A stretch of DNA of 64,000 nt from Dipteris shenzhenensis (lineage: Eukaryota). The notes under the pieces were generated by a model. That model was not told where the DNA came from. It did not search any database and saw only the letters and a list, made by a program, of their open reading frames with translations. The stretch lies in assembly GCA_047967505.1 (NCBI GenBank), contig CM106538.1; one strand, written 5' to 3'. Both the position numbers and the translations under genes were made by a program. Positions 13,701 through 26,470 of the stretch are shown one piece after another; within the stretch, counting starts at the first letter, position 1; every line of letters begins with the position of its first letter.

Positions 13701-16700
13701 AAGCTTTGAAATGCCCAAACACTTCACTTTTCTTTTTCATAAAATACACCCAAACTTTTCTGCTGTAGTCATCAATAAAGGTGACAAAATAATGATAGCC
13801 TCTAATAGATGCAGCTTTAGTAGTCCACACATCAGAGTGGATTAATTCCAATGGCTTCTTACGCTCTTGAACATGTCTAGGAAATGGTTTCCTTGCCTGT
13901 TTTCCAAATTGACAGGCTTCACATACCTTATGCATCTCTGTAACCTTGAATTTAGGCAATCCTGCAACAATATTTTGGGCTTGCATTGATTTAAGTCGTT
14001 GTACATTAACATGACCAATGTGTTTATGCTAGATATCAATATCTACAACTACACCGTGCTGCACTCAATTCAAGCATGTCCACATCCAACGTAAACATCC
14101 TGCCCTTCTGCTTTCCTTTTGCTATCAGGCGACCGTTATTTTTAATATCCTCAACAAAGCATCCATGAGGATTAAATCTAACCTGCAAGCCCTGCTCAAC
14201 CATTTGACCAATAGAAGCCAGGTTCTTGGTGATATTCGGGACATGAAATACATCAGACAGGTATTTCTTTTTCCCATCCTGCATAGACAAAGGAATTTTA
14301 CCAATTTGCACAATAGGATGTGTAGTATCATCACCAGTCTCCACAAATCCTTGTCTTTCCATTTTCCTTGCATCCTGCATCCATTCTACATGACCTGTCA
14401 TGTGGTTTGACGCACCTAAGTCAACATACCACACATCATTGCTTTCTTCTGCACTTGTCACAGAATTGGTCATGTGATGCACCATAAACAGATGCTCATT
14501 TCTGTCATCACCCTGTCTACTAGAAGATGCATAATTCCCTTGTTGCAATTTTCCATTCATGATGTCATTCTACTTTTTGTAGTAGTCTTTAGCCATATGA
14601 CCCATTTTACCATAGTAGTAGCATTCAACATTGTTGTTTGCATTTTGGCCTCTCTGCCATCCACCACGACCTCTTTGGCTCCCCCTGCCTCTAGAGTTAC
14701 CATGTCCTCCTCCATAGGACTGGTTTTCTTGAGTTTGTTACATATTCTGATTTCTACCATGGCCTCCAGATCGGCCTGCTCTACCTCTGCCTCTACCTCT
14801 TCCAGCATTTGAGTAGAAGACAGTTTCTTTTGAAGTTCCTCCTGAAGAAGATGCACCACCATTTCTCTGCTCTTCAGAAATTAGAAGAGCAAACAACTAC
14901 TCAAAATCAAGAAATTTTTCACAAACGGCAATGGATGTCCGAAACTGTGCATAATCCTTTCCTAGACCATTCAAGGTCACAAAGACTAAATTATCATCTT
15001 CCACTGGCAACCCAATGGAAGCAAATGCATCTGCAATTTTCTTCACCTTCATGTGGTAGTCATTGATGCTCATATTTTCTCTCTGCATATTGTGCAACTC
15101 CTGCTTGAGCTGCATTTTCATGGCTTGTGTATTTGTGATGTACATCTTTACCAAAGTATCCCATGCCTCCTTTGGCGTGCTTGCATCCTGAATATGCACA
15201 ATCATAGAATCTGAAATACTGATAGACAGCTAGTACATAACTTTTCTGGCTCTCTCATGCCATCCTTTAAATGCCTACATTCCTATTGATTGGGAACATT
15301 AGGAAGAACTGGTTCTTCTTCATTTCCTATAATGAACTCCCAATAGCCTTTTCCCATAAGGAAATTTGTCATTCTAAACTTCCATGCCTGGAAGTTGTTC
15401 TTGTCAAGCTTTTCAGTGACAATCTGTGAAAGAGAGTCAAATGCCATTACAGAACACTGCAAAATATTTTGTCACTGCAAAAAACACAGCTTCTGCCTCA
15501 TAAGGGCAAATCTGCAAAACTGACGAAAATGGTATTTGACCACACAGTCACTTCCTAGTGACAACTTTGCATCAACAGGCAATAAGGATGATTCTGCAAC
15601 TCCCAATATTTGTGCACACAAGCATATGATGCAATTTCTGCGACAACTTTTCACCGAGTTGCAGAATAGTGGTCGCACAGTAAAAACAGGGCCTTTTTCT
15701 CAGTGCTTGTGAGAAACTTCTGCCTCCAGAATGGGCCCCAAAATGGCACTGAAATATCCTTGAAATGGCAGCATATTTTGCCCTCTCGCCACACTGTGAA
15801 GGGTGTCTCAATCTAAGACAATGCACTCTTGTACTTTCTGGCTATGCTACCTACAGAGATTTGCTCCCAAACTCGAAAAAGGAAAGCAACACTGGTCCTC
15901 TTACTAGGACACCGTGAACTTGGTTTGCTTTCTTGTGCTCCTTACCATGAACTCTAATACCATGTGAAGATAGTGGGAGAGAAGGAAGGAGTCTCACTTG
16001 CAGCTTTCTCACATACACAATGGGGGAATACACACAAAGGTGGAGGCTAAAAATAGTTTTCTTCTTCTTAGTTGTGAAAGCCAAAAGAACTCTAGTACAA
16101 AGAAATAGAAGAACCCTATATGTGGGTCTCAAACCAAACTCAACTAACTAAGGTGGCATACTAAGTGAGCCACGAACTAGAGTACATAAGGATAGCTGTC
16201 ATCCAGCTATTATTCATGGGCGGTGTTGAGAGTTGTGGTGCCATGAGCACATGTAGAGCAAAGGTATGAGTAAAGGGAAAGCTGCCACATGGCATGGAGA
16301 AGATATCCCACATGTGAGCAAGCAAAATGGATGTAAGTACCCTCACCTATAAAAGGGAGGTTCATTTGAAGTAATATCAATCAAGCACTTTGCACTATCT
16401 CAAGATTCTCTTTATGAGTCCAAGCTAATCTATCTTGGAACCTAATTGACTTGAGATACATGTCATGAGCACTCTCTTCATCATGTTTCCACATAGGTTC
16501 CATCCACCTTAGAGTGCTCCATAGATCCTGAGGCACGCATGTTTTGTCATGGTATCAGAGCATAGGTTTAGTTCTCCTAGTTTAGCTATTAGTAGTTCAC
16601 TAGGATTGCTCCCATTCCTAGATTAGTTTTAGGATGATTGAGAGTCCTTTGTAAGCATTCTTCTTCAGAGATTCATGAGAGTTCTCATCATTCCATGTTG

Positions 16701-18665
16701 ATTTTATCCTCAAGGAGAGAGAGAGAGACAAGTCTATCCTATCCTAGTTTGAGAGAGAAAGGTCACCCTTCGAGTCTTTATCACCTATTTCTATAGAGCT
16801 CAAGCCATGCCCGTTTCTTTGGCAACTTAGATCTTGCAACTCACATAGTGACTCAGTCCAACAGAGGATTTGGAATGGCTGCTAGACAGTTGCAATAACG
16901 AAAAGACCATGAATTTGCAATCCCAGAAAAAGCAAGGTTTGGCTTTCTATAGCTGTAGCTCCCGCTGTCATCCCTATGCCATTAACTCGTAACTGCGAGG
17001 CGTATTGCTCCATCGACAACTTCCATCCTGCCTGCGTCGGGTGCAAATTATCCTAGAAGAATGTAGACTTGGGCTTGTTGCATACGTGTGTGGTTGCCAC
17101 TACCTAGACAACAATAGTCCCCGAAAGATCAAAGCGGTGCTTGATCGAAGGAGAAGAAGAGCGGCTGAAGACGGTGACCACCATGACAACGAGCAAAAAG
17201 AAGAAAAGAAAGGCCTGCCCATAGCAATGCTCAGCTCCCGCATCCAAATGCTTAACCTCCAAAGCCTCCAATCTACTCTAGCTTCAACTAACGCTGCACC
17301 ATCAACAAGCATACTCTAGCCACGAGCATCTACAGTGGACGACAGACAAATCAACATGGACGACGGGCCCTGCACATAGCCGCCATCAATGACTTGCCTC
17401 CACGCCTGAGGAGAAAGATAGCCCCGGCAGCCTCGCCAAAGACATCCAACCAAAGCTCTCCATACAAAGCGCTAGCAACTTGATGGACCAAGCTCCTACA
17501 ACAAAACAAACATGACGCGGCTCCAGACCACTCCATTGATCTATAGACTGCGCCCAAGCTCTTGCAAGCAGTAGATAGAATCTAAGCCTCCACGGTTGCC
17601 CCTTGCCAGTTCTTCTACGGCAGTACAGATTGCAATCCGTCGGTGACACGATCATCGAAGAAGAAAAACCGCGCCATCGTCATTCTGCTATGCAGATCTT
17701 CCCACATCAAAGTCTCTGACCTTGGAAAATGCCACGTGGCATCGGGTTGGTCATTATCTAACTGTAGTTAAATCTTGATATGTTGGTTAGTAGAATGACA
17801 CATGGCAGATAAGACCTGACTATGGTAAGGTTAAGGTCACCCACCAAGCCAGGGTTAAGGTTAGCTAAATGCCACCTAAGCATGCACAGTCAGCAGTGCT
17901 ACCCAAGCACAGTCTCCTTGCCAAGCACAGTCTTGCAAGCTACATGTGAACAGTCTCTGCCACATCATAAAAGGCCCTCTTCTTCACAAAAACTTCAACA
18001 AGGCGTAACTTGCAATCCAAGAAGAATTTGGACACGCTCCAAAAAGGAAAAGTGATCGTCTTTTCGAGCTCTACATGCCTATTAGATCAAAATCATTGTA
18101 TGCAATTAGACACTGCCAATATTGAAAGAAATCTATTGGTAAGACCTTTGCAACAAATGGAAAAACAAAGCATGAATGCACACATCATTGTCATAAGCAT
18201 GCCAAAAGCACAAGTGTATGAGATGACCATAGCATGAAGCATGGCATCCACACAAAAAGCATTAAGGTATATGGAAGAACAAAGCATCATGCATCAAACT
18301 ACGTCAACAGAAGAAGCAAACGCCATTGACATGCGGCATTGAAAAGCAAAAACCTTGCCAACCTTGCCTATACTTTGTAATCAAACCTGACCACCTGAGA
18401 GTAGCTATGAAAGCACACAGGGGAGGTATTGACATGTAAAAGCCACACTTGACCACCTTAAGTAGCAGGCTTGCACTAAGGGGAGGTGATGGAATGTAAC
18501 TCACATCTGACCACCTTGCAGTAGCCAAAGGATTCTGGCACCAAGGGGAGGTGTTGAGAGTTGTGGTGCCATGAGCACATGTAGAGCAAAGGTATGAGTA
18601 AAGGGAAAGCTGCCACATGGCATGGAGAAGATATCCCACATGTGAGCAAGCAAAATGGATGTAAG

Positions 18666-21600
18666 TGTAAAGAATAAGGGAGAGAGATAGGAGCCTCAAG
18701 TTCAGCTTTCTTCACAACACACAAAAGAGAGAGGACACAAGGTTGGAGGGTGAAGCCTTTCTTCACTTTTGCACACAACAACAATACAATAGAAGAGGGA
18801 AATACCCTATATGTCAAAACCTAGAATACGTGGTTCATATGTGAACCCAAACTAAAAACATACGTGGTAGTCTAACTACACCACGAGTACAACTAACATA
18901 GGCGGTGACATAAATGATAGTCATCCAGGAGATATATCGGGGGTAGAGCTTGATATCTCAACACTCCCCCTCAAGCTCAAATCCATCTCACGTACACCAA
19001 GCAAGCTCCTAAATCTGCGAAGCTTCTCGGTACCCAATGCCTTCGTAAAAATATCAGCCACCTGCTCCTCAGTGCTGACATAGACAAGATCAATCTCACC
19101 AGCTAGAACCTTCTCTCTCACAAAGTGATAATGCACCTCAATGTGCTTCGTTCTAGCATGATAAACTGGGTTATTAGCAAGCATGATGCTGCTAATGTTG
19201 TCATAATGAATGACAACTGCTGCATGAATTGACTGTCCCATATCTGCAAGTAGCTTCCGTAACCAAGCTACCTCACATGCAGCCATTGCCGCACCCCTGT
19301 ATTCAGCCTCTGTGCTCGACAAGGCAACTGTTGGCTGCTTCTTGCTGCTCCAACTGATGGCACCACTCCCAAGGGAAAACATAAAACCACTAGTAGATCT
19401 CCTGTCTGAGACACTACCAGCCCAGTCAGCATCTGTGTATCCATGTACCTGTAATGCACACCCAGCTTCATAAAACAGTCCATAATGCAATGTGGACTTC
19501 ACATACCGCAGTATGCGCCTAGCCGCATCCAAATGTGGCTTCCTCGGTGCCTGCATAAACTGACTCACCAGCCCCACAGCATAGCTCAAATCTGGTCTGG
19601 TTATAGTCATGTAAATCAAGCTACCTACTATGCACCTATACATAGTAATATCTTCAAGAAGCTCACCTGTCTCTGCATTGAGCTTCACATTCTGCTCCAA
19701 TGGAACAGAAATAGGCTTACAGCCTGTCATCCCATATTTGGACAGCATGTCCAAACCGTATTGCCTTTGCAACAGCCATATCCCACTCGGGGATCTAATA
19801 ACCTCAATGCCCAAGAAGTAACGCAGCTCTCCCAAATCCTTCATCTCAAATTTCTGCTTCAACAGCAGCTTCACTTCATTAATGTCTGCATCACTATCAC
19901 CTGTAATAATCAAGTCATCAACATAGATGACTATAAGCACAATTCCTCTGTTTGTCCTTTTCACATAAAGTGAAAAATCTGAATTGGAAATCTGAAATCC
20001 AATAGTGACAAGATATTGCCCTATCTTGTCTGACCATGCCCTCGGCGCCTGTTTTAAGCCATACAAGGCTTTGCGCAACCTGCATACAAAATCGGGGTGT
20101 GAATTATCCTCATAACCTTCTGGCTGCATCATATAAACCTCTTCCTGCAAATCACCATGCAAGAAGGCATTTTTCACATCCATCTGATGCAAAGACCATC
20201 CCTTTGCAGTAGCCATAGCAATTACTGCTCTCACGGTTGCCATCCTTGCAACTGGGCTGAAAGTTTCCTAATAGTCAATTCCATATGTCTGCGCAAAACC
20301 TTTGGCAACCAATCTTGCCTTATACCTGCTAACAGACCCATCAGCATTGTGCTTTACTTTGTAAACCCACTTGCAGCCAATAGCCTTCTTATCATGAGGC
20401 AAAGTCATCAAATCCCAAGTGTGGTTTGCATCCAATGCAGCCATCTCTTCATCCATAGCTGCTTCCCAATTTTTATGCCTTGCTGCATCCTCAAAACATG
20501 TGGGCTCTGGCTCCTCTAGAACCTTGACCATATAAGCATAGTGATGTGCTGTATACCCATCATATCTCAGCCTGTCAACTGGATACTTAATACGAGTGGA
20601 CCTCTGTACAACTGGATCAGTTGCAGGAGTCTTTAAATCATGCGTGCTTTTCCTTGCACCAGGTGTAACAATAGAAGGAATCCCAAATTCCTCATCAAGG
20701 CTCATTTCAGAGCCGCTTGACTCTCCATCAACATGAGAGCTACCAGCAGACACATCAAACACTGGAGTATGGTCCACTTTTTCTTTTCCCTTATGTGATA
20801 CCTGCACAACACTATCAGGACTGCCATGTGACGATTCACTAGATCTCAATCTCCCTGTCCATGCATTAGATCCACTAGTAGAGGACTCTCTGGGTCCACT
20901 CAAGGCTTGAGATTGCTGCTCTGCATTTATTGCGGCATTCCCATTTCCTGCATCTGCATCTCCTACCGTAACAGTTGGTGCATACCAGCTGCTCATTTCA
21001 TCAAAAACAACATCTCTGCTCACTTGCATTTTGCGGGTGGAAGGGTTATAACAGCGATACCCTTTCTGGTGCAGAGCATATCCAATAAAGATGCATTTTT
21101 CTACCTTTGGATCTAGCTTTGTTCTCTTCTCATCAAGAACATGAACATAAGCTATGCAACCAAATACCTTCAAGTGAGAAATATCTGGTTTTTGGCCTGT
21201 ATACATTTCTTCAGGCGTCATGCCATGGACAGTTGCAGTGGGGGTTCTGTTCATAATATAAACAGCAGTTGCTACTGCTTCAGCCCAAAAATAATCAGGC
21301 ATGTTTTTCTCATTTAGGATCGCCCGTCCTACTTCTGCAATATGCCTGTTCTTCCTTTCTGCAACCCCATTCTGCTGAGGGGTAGACCTGCATGAGTACG
21401 TCCTTTGAATTCCCTGTTCTTTCAGATATTCACAAAATTCTTCTGAAAAGTACTCTCCCCCTCCATCAGATCTTAGCACTTTAATATGCACACCTTTCTC
21501 TTTTTCAACCATGGCCTTAAAAGCCTTGAAATGGCTGAACACTTCACTTTTGTGCTTCATAAAATAAATCCACACCTTCCTAGTGTAGTCATCAATAAAC

Positions 21601-24131
21601 GTCACATAATAATGGCATCCACCAATAGAAGCAGTTTTGGTTGTCCAAACATCCGAATGGATCACTTCCAAAGGTCTTCTGCTCACCTTAGCATTTTTGG
21701 GAAATGCATGTCTGGCCTGCTTACCCATTTGGCATGCTTCACATACCTTTTGCATTCCCTCAACTCTGAATTTAGGCAAACCTGCAACAATGTTTTTTGT
21801 TTGCATAGATTTCAGCCTTTGTATATTCACGTGCCCAATGCGCTTGTGCCATATCTCAATATCTACAATGACACCTCTCCCATGCGCAAACATAGCAGCG
21901 TTCACCTCAGGCATATCAACATCCAAGGTGAACATTCTGCCATTTTTGTTGCCTTTCGCAACCAAGCGGCACTTATTTTTCAAGTCCTCAACAAAGCATC
22001 CATCAGGATTAAATCTAACCTGCAGACCTTGCTCAACCATCTGGCCTACTGAAACCAGGTTCTTAGTGATTTTTGGAACATGAAGTACATCTACCAAGTA
22101 CTTCGTTTTGCCATCCTGCATAGCCAATGGCACTTTACCAACCTGCGTAATTGGGTGCGCAATATCATCACCTGTTTCAACATAACCTGGCTTATCCAAA
22201 TTTCTAACATCATGAAACCACTCACCATGACTGGTCATGTGGTTAGAGGCACCTGAATCAACATACCAAACATCATTGCAAGCTGCAGCATCTCCTGACA
22301 TGGAGTTAACCATATGCTGCATCACAAAAAGGTGCTCATTTCTGTCGTCACCATGCCCACTTGATGATGCATAGTTGCTTTGCTGCAACTTCCCACTTTT
22401 GATGTCATTCTGCTTTTTATAGCATGTATTCTCCTTGTGTCCAGGCTTTCCACAATAATAGCATTCTGTGCTGCTATTTACTTGCTGGTTCCTTTGCCAT
22501 GAACCACGGCCTCTTTGGCTCCCCCTGCCTCTAGAACTACCACGTCCTCCTCCATAGGACTGGTTTTCCTGTTGTTGCTGTTGGTTCTGATTTCCTGCAT
22601 GGCCACCAAAACGGCCTCTTCCTCTACCCCTGCCTCTACCTGTATTCGAGTAGAAAGCAGTCTCTTGAGATATTGAGGTGGCTGAACCACCATTCCTTTG
22701 CTCTTCACTCAGCAAGAGAGCAATAAGTTCCTGAAAATCAGGAAATGTTTCACGGACTCCAATGGATGTCCGAAACTGTGCATAATCTTTCCCAAGACCA
22801 TTTAAGGTCATGGACACTAAGTCCTCATCATCAACAGGTGCTCCAATGGAGGCAAGAGAATCTGCAAGGCCTTTCACCTTCAAGGAATACTCATTTATAT
22901 TCAGATTTTTCCTTTGCACATTGTGCAACTCCTGCTTTAGCTGCATCTTTCGTGCTTTGGTATTTGTGCTATACAGCTTCACCAATGTATCCCATGCCTC
23001 CTTAGGCGTCTCTAGATCCTGTATATGCACAATCATAGAATCTGAAATGCTAACAGACAGCCAATACAGGCATTTTCTGGCTTTTTCATGCCATTCTTTA
23101 AAGGCCTTCAATTCAACAGGAGTGGGAGCAGTACCCAAAACTGGTTCTGCAGTTTCACCACTGATGTAATCCCAAACTCCCTTTCCCATAAGGAAGTTTG
23201 TCATCCTGAACTTCCATGCTTGGAAGTTGTTCTTATCAAGCTTCTCACTGACAATGGTAGACAGATTCTCAGACATTTTACAAATCACGAATTGCAACAG
23301 CAACCTGTAAACACAGCAAATGCCTCACAAGGGCAAATAGCAAAACTTCTGCAAAAAACCTCACAGGGGCAGATCTGCAACACTAACGAAAGTGGTATTT
23401 CACCACACAGTCACTTCCTAGTGACGATTTTGCATCAACAGGCAACAGGCATGAATCTGCAACTCCCAATATCTCTGCACATAGGCATACGATGCAATTT
23501 CTGTGGCACTTTCCACCGATTAGCCGCGCAGTGGTCGCACAGCGAAAAACAGGGCCTTTTTCTGAGTGCCTGCGAAGAACTTGCGCCTTCAAAACGGGCC
23601 CCGAAACGGCCTCAAATCAAAAAAATAAAGTCACACAGCATATACTGCGCTCTCGCCACACCGCGAAGGGCCTCTCAATCTGAAACAGTGCACTCCTGCA
23701 CTTCTGGCTGTGCTACCTGCAGAGATTTGCTCCCAAACTTGAAATAGGAAAGCAACACTGGTCCTCTTACCAGGACACCACAAACTTGGCTTGCTTTCTT
23801 GAGCTCCTTACCACGAACAAGGCTCTGATACCATGTAAAGAATAAGGGAGAGAGATAGGAGACTCAAGTTCAGCTTTCTTCACAACACACAAAAGAGAGA
23901 GGGCACAAGGTTGGAGGGTGAAGCCTTTCTTCACTTTTGCGCACAACAACAATACAATAGAAGAGGGAAATACCCTATATGTCAAAACCTAGAATACGTG
24001 GTTCATATGTGAACCCAAACCAAAAACATACGTGGTAGTCTAACTACACCACGAGTACAACTAACATAGGCGGTGACATAAATGATAGTCATCCAGGAGA
24101 TATATCGGGGGTAGAGCTTGATATCTCAACA
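18666..24131 (-). mobile_element. Complete copia family A copy 2 (A2), nested in the 3' LTR of C
   Basis: LTRs 18666-18963 and 23834-24131; TSD GTAAG at 18661-18665 and 24132-24136; PBS and PPT present. Confidence 0.98.
18921..23276 (-). pseudogene. Copia gag-pol with one in-frame stop (20268-20270)
   Basis: The 1011-aa and 440-aa ORFs are in frame and carry all copia domains. Confidence 0.95.
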
Positions 24132-24444
24132 GTAAGTACCCTCACCTATAAAAGGGAGGTTCATTTGAAGTAATATCAATCAAGCACTTTGCACTATCTC
24201 AAGATTCTCTTTATGAGTCCAAGCTAATCTATCTTGGAACCTAATTGACTTGAGATACATGTCATGAGCACTCTCTTCATCATGTTTCCACATAGGTTCC
24301 ATCCACCTTAGAGTGCTCCATAGATCCTGAGGCACGCATGTTTTGTCAGGCGGTGTACCAACTACATCTGCAGCTAACAAGTCGGTGACATAAATGCACA
24401 ATAGTCACCCTAGCATATCACAAGTGGAGCTCGATATCTCAACA

Positions 24445-26460
24445 TAGACATCTATAAAACCAATCAAACATTTCGTGTAGTGCATTGCTTTGCGTGATAT
24501 CACCCCCATGCCTTGTATTCTTGAAGTATGCTGCCTTTGCTCTATAGTGTGATTTCTCCGTGCCTTGAGTATTCCAAATGGACAGAGGGCCCCATTTCTC
24601 CACAAACCATGGTGCATGTGCGTAAAGAATATGCTGTAAAGAAAAACATTGTATTAGAAACATAAACTGACTCAAGTTTAAGGCACAAAATTTCAACCTA
24701 AGGAGGATTACCATGTAATGTGTAATATGTGACTCCCCCCATGCTTCTACCATCAATGATATGAATTCTCCCAATGCTGTCTAGAATCTCTCATAATAAA
24801 ACTCATCTGTTTGACCTTATCTAAGCAACTTTACAAATGCATCAAGCTTTGTCCACAGTTTTGCTCTCAAAGTAGCAATTCACAAATGTGAAGCTTGATT
24901 TGTGGTGCACTCACACAAATCTTTCCAGTACTCCCAACCTAGGGTGCTTTGAGCCAATGTATGTTTTTCTTTATCATCATTGTGGTTGGATAAGAACCTC
25001 CTTGCCTTTCCTCCACCCATGGACACTTTAGTAGGAAGATTTTTTTTCTTTCCTGATTGTTTCTTATCCTGCTTAAGCTTCACATTGCCTCTGTGAAGTC
25101 CCATTAGTGAGAGTAGTTCTTCAGCTTTTGCAATGCATTGTGCAAATACTTGTTGTGGCCTCAAATTCCAAGCATAAACTAGATGGAGATAGAGTAACTT
25201 ATCAAGTATACATAGTTTAGCATGCAAAGTACACACGTGTACCTGCTCCAATGGAATTGGTAGAATGGGGTCCCACTTAGGATTCTTTTTGTGATGATCA
25301 GGGGCTACACTTTGGTTGCAAGAAAGGATGCCATTTTCCCACTGTAGGCTTTTCTTTTGCATCTTCTGAGAGTGGGTGCAATACAAGCATGTCCATTTTG
25401 CATCTGCATGTGTATCACAACCATACAAGCACTTGAGGGTCTTCAAATCACTAGCTAGATGCCATTCAACTTGAAATGTTCCATGCCCATCCACAATTAA
25501 TGTTTGCCCTACCTCTTGTCTTTGAATAATCGATGGGATGCCGGTTCTCTCCAAAACCCACTTCAATGTCTCGTGGCACTCCTTTGGGGTCTGAAAGGCT
25601 ACAAGCCACCATATGTCCTTCTCAGATTGGACTAAGAAACCCTACTCAACTTCCTCATCCCCTTGAGCAAAATGCAAGGCATCGTTCATAATACAAATGC
25701 TCACCCTCTCTAGCTTGTGCTCTTTTACCAACTGAGCTTCATCCATTTTTATAACAAATACTAGCTTGCCATCTATACAATGAAAGAGAAATTCAGTAAG
25801 GATATAGAAATCAGAAGAAATAAAGTTGAATGTGAAGAGGGAATTTCTCTTACCTTCTTCTCTCATCCCATAGAATTTGACCATGGCTCTCTGCAAATTC
25901 TCTACATCCACGTAAACATTATTGAAAGCATTCATCTCAAACATTTGGATGCCAGATTTCTTTTTACTCTTCCAAGTCATTGTGCCACTTACACAATGGT
26001 ATCCTCCAAGCTTTTCTCTAGCACATTGGTTTGTTTCTTGACGTGTAAGCCTTACAGACCATGGTGTTGGCAGTGGCACTGTAGATATCTTATACTTTTT
26101 TAAAAATGGAGTTGTAAGCTTCACGACTTACACCAACAGCATCACAAGCTCCAAGCACCTTTTTCCCTTGGACGAGGTCCTTGAAATCCTTCATTACCTC
26201 TCTAGCAACTTGTTTATTAGCCCTTTTTGTCTAGGGTCCTTCAACATTTCCATGACATCACTTGGCTTTATTAAACTTCTTAGAACATATGAAGGATCAC
26301 TATCATCCATTTCCATTGTTCTGATCACATCCTCTATGAAATTCCTAAAGTACAGTACAAATGAGTCTTAGTGGAAAAAATGCAACACCACAACTATTTT
26401 GGGGTAAGAAATTTCATTGAAAATTTGGGGAACTAACCTTGCAGCCCATATTCTCCTCTT
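24445..26460 (-). pseudogene. RAG1/Transib/Chapaev-like DDE transposase, spliced and decayed
   Basis: Motifs in RAG1 order: FVIKMDE, QSEKDIW...KECHETL, LASDLK...G...CLYC, PILP...CTLHAKL, ITHYM/HILYAH...WGPLSIWNTQGTEKSH. Predicted GT-AG introns 24634-24711, 25773-25853, 26345-26437; several stops. Confidence 0.8.
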
Positions 26461-26470
26461 TTGGAAACCA

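Larger units (their letters stand above)
16224..24348 (+). mobile_element. Non-autonomous LTR retroelement C (~2.65 kb without the nested A2)
   Basis: LTRs 16224-16549 and 18552-18665 + 24137-24348 (326 bp, identical by eye); TSD GGCGG at 16219-16223 and 24349-24353; PBS 16550-16561; PPT 18543-18551; no gag/pol motifs inside. Confidence 0.95.
13701..24444 (-). mobile_element. Copia family D copy D2, 5' half; its LTR hosts elements C and A2
   Basis: Decayed gag/PR/IN at 13701-15962; LTR 15963-16223 resumes at 24354-24444. Confidence 0.92.

Noticed and set aside
17005-18290. Short ORFs inside element C
   Set aside because: No recognisable domains; overlapping frames on both strands.
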